Origin: an uncultured Acidobacteriota bacterium
Lineage (GTDB): Bacteria; Acidobacteriota; Vicinamibacteria; Vicinamibacterales; JAKQTR01
NCBI GenBank assembly: GCA_963809475.1
Contig: CAWEJS010000002.1
Span: forward strand, 344,116 to 408,115
Reading direction: 5' to 3'
Length of the DNA stretch: 64,000 nt
This document shows, one piece after another, positions 1 through 9,980 of this stretch (position 1 is the first letter of the stretch; every line of letters begins with the position of its first letter). The position numbers were made by a program, and so were the translations under genes. The notes under the pieces were generated by a model. It saw nothing but the letters and a program-made list of their open reading frames with translations, ran no database searches and had not been told where the DNA came from.

Positions 1-1144
1 CCGGTTGTTGCCCCGCCCAGAGCAGCGCCGCCATGCGTTCGGTGTACGGACGGCAGTGCGTGAAGAAACGCCGATACCCGGCGCAAAGGTAGTTCAGCCC
101 CGGCTCGCCATCCGGCGTCTGGAGTATTCGGTCCTTCGGACAGCCGCCGTTGCACATCGTCCGGACGTCGCACGTCCGGCAGTACCCCGGCAGCGTGTCT
201 CGCTTGGCCCGCCCGAAGGCGTCCTGCGCCGGGCTGTCGAAGAGCACGGCCAACGGCGTGTCGCGGATGTTGCCCAGCCTGTGCCCGGGCGTCACGTAGT
301 GATCGCACTGATAGAAATCGCCGTTGTGCTCGACGACCGGCACATCGCCGCAGGTGGGCCGGAAGATGCACAGCGAGTGGTCCAGTCCGAAGGACGGCCG
401 CGCCGCCTCTTCGAAGATCTGGACGATGACGCGCCCCATGTCGTGGCGGACCCATTCGTCGAAGATCGCGCACAGGAAGCGGCCGAACTCCTCGGCCGGC
501 ACCGAGCGCTCGCCCACGCCGCCGGGCGCGTCCGGCCGCGCCTCGACCAGGGGAATGAAGCTGAGATACTGGACCCCGATCTCCCTGAAGAAGTCGTACA
601 CCTCGAGCGGGTGCTGCGCGTTCTGCGCGTGGACGACGCAGAGCATGTCTACGGGGACTTCGTGCCGCCGCAGCAGGCGGTAGCCCTGCATCACCTGCCG
701 ATGAGAGGCCCGCTGGTCTTTCGTCACGCGATAGGCGTCGTGCAGTTCTCTCGGGCCGTCGACGCTCAGGCCGACGCCGAACTTCTCAGCCGCAAAGAAC
801 CGGCACCATTCGTCCGTCACGAGCACGCCGTTGGTCTGGATGCTGTTGGCGACGTGCTTGCCCGCCGGGCAGTACGTGCGCTGGAGCTCCGCGATCCGCC
901 GGAAGTAGTCCAGCCCGAGAATCGTCGGTTCGCCGCCATGCCACGAGAACAGGATCTCGTCCCCCGGCGTCATGGCGATGTGCTGCACGATGTAGTGCTC
1001 AAGCAGATCGTCAGCCATCCGGAATTGTCGGGTCTCGGGATAGATCTGCTCCTTCTCCAGGTAGTAGCAGTAGTGGCAGTCGAGGTTGCAGATCGCCCCG
1101 GCCGGCTTGGCGAAGATCTGGAACTCACGGGGACGCTGGGCCAT
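1..1144 (-). CDS. Anaerobic sulfatase-maturating enzyme (radical SAM + SPASM, AslB/ChuR-like); 3' end runs off the window
   Basis: Absent from the ORF track because there is no stop inside the window. The reverse complement from CAT at 1142-1144 reads MAQRPREFQIFAKPAGAICNLDCHYCYYLEKE...WHGGEPTILG. It has the CxxxCxxC radical-SAM motif plus auxiliary Cys clusters (CIFRPTCG, CDHY, CRTCDVRTMCNGGCPKD). The listed + ORF 5..1273 is its antisense shadow. Confidence 0.85.
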   Translation of the reverse strand, partial: MAQRPREFQIFAKPAGAICNLDCHYCYYLEKEQIYPETRQFRMADDLLEHYIVQHIAMTPGDEILFSWHGGEPTILGLDYFRRIAELQRTYCPAGKHVANSIQTNGVLVTDEWCRFFAAEKFGVGLSVDGPRELHDAYRVTKDQRASHRQVMQGYRLLRRHEVPVDMLCVVHAQNAQHPLEVYDFFREIGVQYLSFIPLVEARPDAPGGVGERSVPAEEFGRFLCAIFDEWVRHDMGRVIVQIFEEAARPSFGLDHSLCIFRPTCGDVPVVEHNGDFYQCDHYVTPGHRLGNIRDTPLAVLFDSPAQDAFGRAKRDTLPGYCRTCDVRTMCNGGCPKDRILQTPDGEPGLNYLCAGYRRFFTHCRPYTERMAALLWAGQQP

Positions 1145-1172
1145 GCTCGTCCTTCACACCTGCCGGGACTCC

Positions 1173-3110
1173 TCATCTCGACGGCGTGCCGGCGGCAGAG
1201 GCCAACGGTACGCGCGCGACGGGCGGCGTCGTGCCGCGGTGCACGTCGAGCAGCCGCGCGTGCGTCGTCGTAGCCGCAGCCACGAGCTCCGCGTAGGGCT
1301 GATCGGTGACGTCGACGAAGCCGATGTTGTAGTTCTCGCCGTCGTTGCGGCCGGTGACGGGCTGGTCGAGCCACTGGAACCAGTGCGCGCCGACGAGCGC
1401 CGGGTGCGCGGCGCCCTGCTCGACGAAGTAGCGGTACGCCGCGCCTCGCTCCTCCTGGTTCATCGCCTGGACGAGGCCCGGTGCGAGGCCGCGCTCGGGC
1501 GCGCCGATATGGAACTCGCCGACGAGAATCGGCCGCTGCGTAAGCGCATAGAGACGGTCGAGCGTCGCGCGCTCCGGCGCATACCGATAGGTGTTGTAGC
1601 TGAACACGTCGACACCGCGCAGCGCACGCACCAGTTCGTCGTGCCCGGCGCCGCCGAAGCGGATGCCGAGGTTGAGGTGGTGCGGCGCGTGCCTGCGGCA
1701 GGCAGCGTTGACGACGTCGAGGTACCGGTCGAATGCCGCGTACACGAAGGCCTTGCGCCGCTCCGGAGTGTCGCCCTGGACGAGGTGTGCCTTCAGGCGC
1801 CGCTGCATCTCGCTCGCCGGACCGGCGAGGATCGCGTCGGCGAGCTGGTTTTCGCGGCCGGGCCACGGCGGCTCGTTGCCGATGAAGTAGCCCAGCATCC
1901 ACGGATCATCCTCGCGGGCATCGAGCTGGCTCGCGGCGGTCTGCTCCACTCGCTCCGTGAAGTCCGGCGCGTAGACGTCGGGCATGCCCATGATCGAATC
2001 GGCCGTCTGCCAGCCCCGCAGCATCTGCGCGTAGGGCACGCGAGGCTCAGCGCCTTCCTCCAGGCTTCGCGGCCCCCAATAGTGGATCGAATTGAGGCCC
2101 CATGACGCGAGGCGCCGCGCGGTGAACTGCGCCCACTTCGCGCGCCAGTCCTCGCTGCCGAAGCGGCGGATGAGATTCCAGGTGTAGAACGACCCGGCGA
2201 GGCCGCCGCCGCGGCCCCCTGCCCCGCCCGGCGGCGAGATGAGACCCGCAGGCGGCAGCGCCCCGAAGAGGTCCTCCCTGCCCTGCACCCGGGTGCCTGC
2301 GGTCGTCCCGACGCCGTTCACGCCCGCCGAGAAGAACAGGTGACCGTCGGGACAGACGAACCACCAGCGGCCGTCGATCTGCTCGACGTGGAAGTACCCC
2401 GTGGCCTTGGCGGACGTGCGGAAGTACCCTCCATACGGGCACCGATCCGGCGCTCCCGCCCGCAAGGCCTCGTCCTCCGCCTCCCACGCGCGCTTCAATG
2501 CCTCGGGCGTGCGTACCTTGCCTCGCCATTCCGCGCGCGTGTACTGGCCGAACTCGTCGACGAGTGGCTTGCCCTCGAGCACGGCGTCGCCAGGGTCCGT
2601 CCTGGCGAGGTTGATCGCGCGCAGCTCGAACGTCGGCGTGCCGGCCGGGTAGCTCATCGCCACCGTGATGCCTCGCACATCCGTCGTCGGTCCCACGCGG
2701 CTGCTGTCGATGTTGATCCAGTAGGAACTGCGCGGCTGATTGTAAGTGGCGGCCAGATCAACAGCGCTGCCGGCCGGCTCGCGATAGAACCGCAGCGGAA
2801 CCGCTGCGCGGACCCAAACGCCCGCGAACGGCCCGATGCGCTTCGCGATGCGGCCGCGATTGGTCTCCAGGCCGAGCTCGAAACGCTGCGACGAGCTGGC
2901 CCTGAACTCGAGCACCAGGAAGTCGTAGCCGGTCCAATCGTGCGGCAGGCTCGGATCCAACTCGGCTAATGACCATGTGCGCTCCGCGTGCGCACCGGAG
3001 AAGACTGTGCTGACCGGCAGCGGTTCGCGCGCGGCGCCGGCATGCGTGAGCGCGATGGTGAGCGCGAGCGTGCCGGCGATCCGCCACCCGTGCTCCGACT
3101 GCCCTTTCAT
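1173..3110 (-). CDS. Secreted glycoside hydrolase, clan GH-A (beta/alpha)8 fold with an N-terminal beta-sandwich domain; family not resolved (GH50/GH42-like)
   Basis: 645-aa ORF with signal-like N-terminus MKGQSEHGWRIAGTLALTIALTHAGAA and AGGAGG 8 nt upstream of the ATG. Acid/base-type motif GYFIGNEPPW and nucleophile-type motif LVGEFHIG. Realistic amino-acid composition compared with the overlapping + ORFs. Confidence 0.75.
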   Translation of the reverse strand: MKGQSEHGWRIAGTLALTIALTHAGAAREPLPVSTVFSGAHAERTWSLAELDPSLPHDWTGYDFLVLEFRASSSQRFELGLETNRGRIAKRIGPFAGVWVRAAVPLRFYREPAGSAVDLAATYNQPRSSYWINIDSSRVGPTTDVRGITVAMSYPAGTPTFELRAINLARTDPGDAVLEGKPLVDEFGQYTRAEWRGKVRTPEALKRAWEAEDEALRAGAPDRCPYGGYFRTSAKATGYFHVEQIDGRWWFVCPDGHLFFSAGVNGVGTTAGTRVQGREDLFGALPPAGLISPPGGAGGRGGGLAGSFYTWNLIRRFGSEDWRAKWAQFTARRLASWGLNSIHYWGPRSLEEGAEPRVPYAQMLRGWQTADSIMGMPDVYAPDFTERVEQTAASQLDAREDDPWMLGYFIGNEPPWPGRENQLADAILAGPASEMQRRLKAHLVQGDTPERRKAFVYAAFDRYLDVVNAACRRHAPHHLNLGIRFGGAGHDELVRALRGVDVFSYNTYRYAPERATLDRLYALTQRPILVGEFHIGAPERGLAPGLVQAMNQEERGAAYRYFVEQGAAHPALVGAHWFQWLDQPVTGRNDGENYNIGFVDVTDQPYAELVAAATTTHARLLDVHRGTTPPVARVPLASAAGTPSR

Positions 3111-5446
<2,336 letters not shown>

Positions 5447-5487
5447 TTTCAATGGTCAGGCCGGGTCAGTAAGGCAAGAAGGCAGCC

Positions 5488-8400
5488 ATGAATACCAGAC
5501 TCAAGTTTGTGCTGATGCTCGCACTGACGTTCGCGCTGATTGGCGCCGCGTCGATGATGGCCCAGCAGGCCGGGGCGGGACGGCCCGTTCCTCCTCCCCG
5601 GCCGAAGGGCCCCTGTGACATCTATGCCGACGCCGGCGCGCCGTGCGTGGCCGCACACAGCACCACGCGTGCGCTCTACGCCTCGTACAACGGCCCGCTC
5701 TACCAGATCCTGCGCCAGTCGGACGGCAAGACGCTGGACATCGGCCTGGTCCAGCCAGCGGCGTCGCCGGCCCCTGACGCGGGCGGATACGCCGACGCGG
5801 CCGCCCAGGACGCGTTCTGCGCCAACACGTACTGCTGGATCACCACCGTCTTCGACCAATCCCCCAGGCACAACGATCTCATCCAGGCGCCCCGCGGCGG
5901 ATTCAGCGGCCCGGCGATGGGCGGATTCAACAACCTCCCGGTCGCCGACATGGCGCCGATCACGATCATGGGCCACAAGGCCTACGGCGTCTTCATCGCG
6001 CCGGGCATGGGCCTCCGCCAGAACGACGCGAAAGGCACCGCCGTCGACGACCAGGCGGAGGGGCAGTACTGGGTCATCAGCGGCCATCACTACAACTCCG
6101 GCTGCTGCTTCGACTACGGCAACGCCGAAACCGATAGCCGCGACGACGACAACGGCACCATGGAAACCACGTACTACGGCAACGCCGGCGCCTGGTATCG
6201 TGGGAGCGGGGCCGGCCCATGGATCATGACCGACCAGGAAAACAACCTGGTGGGCTGCGTCAACCCGGATGGCTCCAAGCTCTGCGCGAACCTGCCGATC
6301 ATCACCTGGCGTTTCGTGACCGCGATCGCCAAGGGCGAACCGCACCACTGGACCTCCATGGGCGGCGACGCGCAGAAGGGCGCCCTCGCGGTCATGTTCG
6401 ACGGCCCGCGCGTCGACCACACCTATGACCCGATGCGCAAGCAGGGGGCCATCCTCCTGGGCAACGGCGGCGACAACAGCGTCGGCTCGCAGGGCACCTT
6501 CTACGAAGGCGCGATGACGGCCGCGGGCACCTTCCCCTCGGACGCCACCGACCAGCTGGTGCAGGCCAACGTCGTGGCCGCCAGGTACGACGTGCCTCGG
6601 CTGGCACTGGCGCCCGCCTTGGCTGAAGCTCCGGCGGGCAGGCCGGCGTCGGCAACGGCTGCTCCGCCGGGACTCCAGACGTTCTCGCCGGGGTCCTCGC
6701 AGGACACCACCGTGACGTTCACGAACACCTCGGGGGCGCCCGCGACGGGTGTCACGTTGAGCATTTCCGCGCCCAGGCAGTGGACCTCCCTCGTCCCGGG
6801 CACCGCCAGAACGTCGGAGACGATCGCCGGCCCGGTCCCGCCGGGCGCGGGCGTGAGCGCGACCTTCAAGGTCACCGCGGGTCCGGCGGCCTTCAACGGC
6901 GACCTGCTCGGCCGTGCTTCGTGGAGGAACGCGGCGACCGGCATCGCGCAATCCGAGACGACGGCTCAGAAGGTGCGGAACGTCAGCCCGGTCACGATCA
7001 ACGAGTTCCGCGTCAGCGCCGGATCTCCCGCGAACCCGACGGACTCGTTCATTGAGCTCTACAACGCCGGCTCCAAGCCGGTCGACATCTCCGGCTGGAC
7101 CCTGACCCAGCATCCGACCCAGCAGCCCATCTTCTCGTCGGTGAAGATCCCGGCCGGAACGAGGCTCGCGGCCGGCGGCTTCCACCTGCTCGGCCTCTCG
7201 AACTCCGGGCTGGTTGTCCCCGCGAAGACGGGCGACAAGACCATCTACGTACGGAGCACCGCCGGCATGAACGTCGGCGACACGATCACCATCGACGCTG
7301 GTTCCGTCGCGGAAACCCGCAAGATCGCCAGCCTCGGGACCGCAGCCGGCAACGCGACGACTTTGTGGCAGCCCCTCCCCGACGGTCCGGTCGTCACGAT
7401 CCCCGTCGGCTCAACCAACGTGCCGGTCACGAGTGTGGCCGGCTTCGCGGTCGGCGAGAAGATCGCCCTCGGCTACGGCGCCGCGTTCCCCAACGTCGCG
7501 AGAACCGTGGAGAAGTACGAGGTGGCCACAATCACCGCAGTCGGCAAGCCTGGCACTCAGGCCTGGCTGGGCGTTGACGCGGCCGCCGGCGCGACCAACA
7601 TCAAGGTGACGTCCGTCGCCAACATCTCGGCGGGTGACACGATCCGGTTGGACATCGACAGCGTCGGCTACGGGATCGAGACGGTCACGGTCACGAAGGT
7701 CGGCACGCAGGCGAGCAAGGTACAGCTCTCGGTGAATGCGATCGCCGGCGCGACCAGCATCATCGTTCGCGGGCGCGGCAATGCGACCGGTTTCGTCGTG
7801 GCCGACAAGATGACCATCGGCAACCCGGCGAACCACGAAACGGTGACCATCACGGCGGTCGGCGCCTCGGGTCCGAACGGCACCACCGTGGAGTTCAAGC
7901 CGGCCCTCGCCCAGGTGCACCTTGCGCGGGAGGATGTGGTCGCCCATGGCACCGGCCTCGACCTGGCCGCCCCGCTCAAGTTCAAGCATGCGGCGAACAT
8001 GCCCTTCAGCGCCCGCGGAACCGGGATCAGTTTTGCGCCGCCGGCGGCCTTTGCCCACTCGAGCAACGAGCCCGTCCAGCCGCTCGGCACCGGCATCACC
8101 CTCGACAAGCCCCTGGTCAGGGCCCACGCGATTGACGCCGTCATGCGTGACGCCGTGGTCACGACCGCGGGCTACCAGGGGACGCCGCCGCCCCGCCAGT
8201 GGTTCGGGGGCCCGGCCCTCTCCCCGAGCGCGGGCACCATGGTGCTGCGTGACGCCGCGGGCCTGGTCGTCGACAGCCTGAACTACGGCTTGCTCGTCGA
8301 CCCGTGGGCCTCCGAGGGGTACCAGGCGAAGTCCGGAGCAGGGGAAAGCGGCTGCCGCGTGCCCTCGCCGGGCGCGGGCCGCGGAGGTTTCGGCGGCTTC

Positions 8401-9018
8401 GGCGGGTTCGGTGGTCCAGGGGCTCCCTCCGTCACCACGCCCCACCGGAGCGCGGGCCGCTTCCCGGATGGCCTCGACACCGACAGCAACTGCAACGATT
8501 TCCTGTTGCAGCCCGCCAGCACGCTGTCGGCCGCTTCGGCCGCGGGTGCGACCAACATCAAGGTCTCCAGCGTGGCCGACTTCGTCGCCGGCCAGACGCT
8601 GCAGATTGACGCGGGCGCGGCCCTCGAGACCGCCGTCATCGCGGCAGTCGGCACGGCGGGCGCCACCACGATCGGAGCCGCCACTGGCGCGGGCGCGACC
8701 GTCATTCCTGTCGCCGGCGGGATGGGCTTCACCGCCGGCCAGGCCATCACCATCGACAGCGGCGCGAGCCAGGAGACGGCGGTTGTCGCCTCCATCGGCA
8801 GGGTCTTCGGCCCCGGCGGCCCTGGCGGGCCTGGTGGCGGCGTCACCATCACGGTCGCGGAACCGCTCAAGTCTTCGCACGCGGCGGGCGCGCAGGTCTC
8901 CGGCACCGGCATCAGCCTGACCGCGGCGTTGACCCGGACGCATGAGAGCGGGGCGCAGATCGCGGTCAGCGTACCCACGCCGGGTGCCCCCAACAGATAC
9001 GACAGGAGGCCTCGCTGA
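5488..9018 (+). CDS. Secreted multidomain GH54 alpha-L-arabinofuranosidase (AbfB-type catalytic domain) + beta-sandwich + split lamin-tail domain + tandem repeats
   Basis: Signal peptide MNTRLKFVLMLALTFALIGAASMMAQQ. Roughly residues 40-370 (GPCDIYADAGAPCVAAHSTTRALY...HYNSGCCFDYGNAETDSRDDDNGTMETTYYG...GTFYEGAMTAAGTFPSDATDQLVQANVVAARY) align by eye with fungal AbfB GH54. LTD signature VTINEFRV...DSFIELYNAGSKPVDISGWTL lies at about 6982-7200. Confidence 0.85.
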   Translation: MNTRLKFVLMLALTFALIGAASMMAQQAGAGRPVPPPRPKGPCDIYADAGAPCVAAHSTTRALYASYNGPLYQILRQSDGKTLDIGLVQPAASPAPDAGGYADAAAQDAFCANTYCWITTVFDQSPRHNDLIQAPRGGFSGPAMGGFNNLPVADMAPITIMGHKAYGVFIAPGMGLRQNDAKGTAVDDQAEGQYWVISGHHYNSGCCFDYGNAETDSRDDDNGTMETTYYGNAGAWYRGSGAGPWIMTDQENNLVGCVNPDGSKLCANLPIITWRFVTAIAKGEPHHWTSMGGDAQKGALAVMFDGPRVDHTYDPMRKQGAILLGNGGDNSVGSQGTFYEGAMTAAGTFPSDATDQLVQANVVAARYDVPRLALAPALAEAPAGRPASATAAPPGLQTFSPGSSQDTTVTFTNTSGAPATGVTLSISAPRQWTSLVPGTARTSETIAGPVPPGAGVSATFKVTAGPAAFNGDLLGRASWRNAATGIAQSETTAQKVRNVSPVTINEFRVSAGSPANPTDSFIELYNAGSKPVDISGWTLTQHPTQQPIFSSVKIPAGTRLAAGGFHLLGLSNSGLVVPAKTGDKTIYVRSTAGMNVGDTITIDAGSVAETRKIASLGTAAGNATTLWQPLPDGPVVTIPVGSTNVPVTSVAGFAVGEKIALGYGAAFPNVARTVEKYEVATITAVGKPGTQAWLGVDAAAGATNIKVTSVANISAGDTIRLDIDSVGYGIETVTVTKVGTQASKVQLSVNAIAGATSIIVRGRGNATGFVVADKMTIGNPANHETVTITAVGASGPNGTTVEFKPALAQVHLAREDVVAHGTGLDLAAPLKFKHAANMPFSARGTGISFAPPAAFAHSSNEPVQPLGTGITLDKPLVRAHAIDAVMRDAVVTTAGYQGTPPPRQWFGGPALSPSAGTMVLRDAAGLVVDSLNYGLLVDPWASEGYQAKSGAGESGCRVPSPGAGRGGFGGFGGFGGPGAPSVTTPHRSAGRFPDGLDTDSNCNDFLLQPASTLSAASAAGATNIKVSSVADFVAGQTLQIDAGAALETAVIAAVGTAGATTIGAATGAGATVIPVAGGMGFTAGQAITIDSGASQETAVVASIGRVFGPGGPGGPGGGVTITVAEPLKSSHAAGAQVSGTGISLTAALTRTHESGAQIAVSVPTPGAPNRYDRRPR
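7201..8220 (+). repeat. In-frame tandem ~40-aa protein repeat modules inserted inside the LTD of the GH54 protein (second block about 8520-8990)
   Basis: Recurring module xGATNIKVxSVAxxxxGDxIxIDxGxxxETxxIxxVG, for example AAGATNIKVTSVANISAGDTIRLDIDSVGYGIETVTVTKVG and AAGATNIKVSSVADFVAGQTLQIDAGAALETAVIAAVG. The 17-nt string gcgaccaacatcaaggt is identical at 7591-7607 and 8548-8564. Modules are paired with HAxxxxxSxxGTGIxL segments. Confidence 0.7.
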
Positions 9019-9053
9019 AATTGAGCCGACCGCAGGGTGTGGAGGGCTTCACG

Positions 9054-9980
9054 ATGATCACGAAACCGCTCACCGGCATCGTGGCCCCACTGATCACCCC
9101 GCTCCGGGACCGGGACGCCCTCGATGAGCCGGGACTCGAGCGGCTGATCGAGCACGTCCTCGCCGGGCGCGTCAGCGGGCTGTTCATCCTCGGCACGACC
9201 GGCGAGGGACCGAGCCTCGGATACCGGCTGCGGCGCGCACTCGTCGAGCGCACGTGCCGCCAGGTTCGCGGCCGCGTCCCGGTGCTGGTCGGCATCACCG
9301 ACACCGCGGTCGTTGAGGCCCTCGATCTTGCCAGGTACGCGGCAGACGCTGGCGCGGCCGCGCTGGTCGCCGCGCCGCCGTACTACCTCCCGGGCGGTCA
9401 GCCCGAGCTGCGGGAATACCTCGGGCATCTCGTGCGCGAGCTGCCGCTGCCGCTGTTCCTGTACAACATGCCGGCGCTCACCAAGGTGCCCTTCGACATC
9501 GAAACGGTCCGCTTCGCGATGGACGAACCGCCCATCGTCGGGCTGAAGGACAGTTCCGGAGACCTGGCCTATTTCCGGAGCGTGGTCGATCTGCTGCCGC
9601 AGCGCCCGGACTGGACCCTGCTCATCGGCCCGGAGGAGCGCCTGCTCGACGCGGTGCTGTCCGGGGGGCACGGGGGCGTCAGCGGGGGCGCCAACGTGTT
9701 CCCGGCGCTCTATGTCGCCCTGTTCGAAGCCTGCAGGGCCGGCGACGCCGCCCGCGCGTTCCGCCTGCATGCTCAGGTGCTGCGTGTCAGTTCGTCGCTC
9801 TACCGGATCGGGAGGCATCCATCCGCCGTCATCAAAGGCATCAAGTGCGCGCTCTCCTGCCAGGGCGTCTGCGACGACTTCATGGCCGAGCCGTTTCACC
9901 GCTTTCGCGCGAGCGAGCGGGCCCTGGTCGCAGAACGGCTGACTGAGCTCCAGGACGAGCTCCGCGTACTGGGCTGTTGA
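9054..9980 (+). CDS. DHDPS/N-acetylneuraminate-lyase family class I aldolase or dehydratase (DapA-like)
   Basis: Motifs ILGTTGEGPSL, LYNMP and GLKDSSGD (Schiff-base Lys). ATG at 9054 has GGAGGG 9 nt upstream; the track start at 9021 is an upstream extension. Confidence 0.85.
   Translation: MITKPLTGIVAPLITPLRDRDALDEPGLERLIEHVLAGRVSGLFILGTTGEGPSLGYRLRRALVERTCRQVRGRVPVLVGITDTAVVEALDLARYAADAGAAALVAAPPYYLPGGQPELREYLGHLVRELPLPLFLYNMPALTKVPFDIETVRFAMDEPPIVGLKDSSGDLAYFRSVVDLLPQRPDWTLLIGPEERLLDAVLSGGHGGVSGGANVFPALYVALFEACRAGDAARAFRLHAQVLRVSSSLYRIGRHPSAVIKGIKCALSCQGVCDDFMAEPFHRFRASERALVAERLTELQDELRVLGC

Noticed and set aside
5-1273. 422-aa + strand ORF at the left edge
   Set aside because: Arg/Ala/Val-rich nonsense composition. 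It is the antisense shadow of the clearly recognisable radical-SAM sulfatase maturase on the minus strand.
8383-8835. Short tandem DNA repeats (ggN-ggN-ttc x3 at about 8383-8415; ggc-ccN-ggN repeats at about 8806-8835), considered as VNTR or independent repeat elements
   Set aside because: They are in frame within the GH54 gene and encode Gly-rich linkers (GGFGGFGGFGG, GPGGPGGPGGG). They are not a separate element, though they could be slippage-prone.
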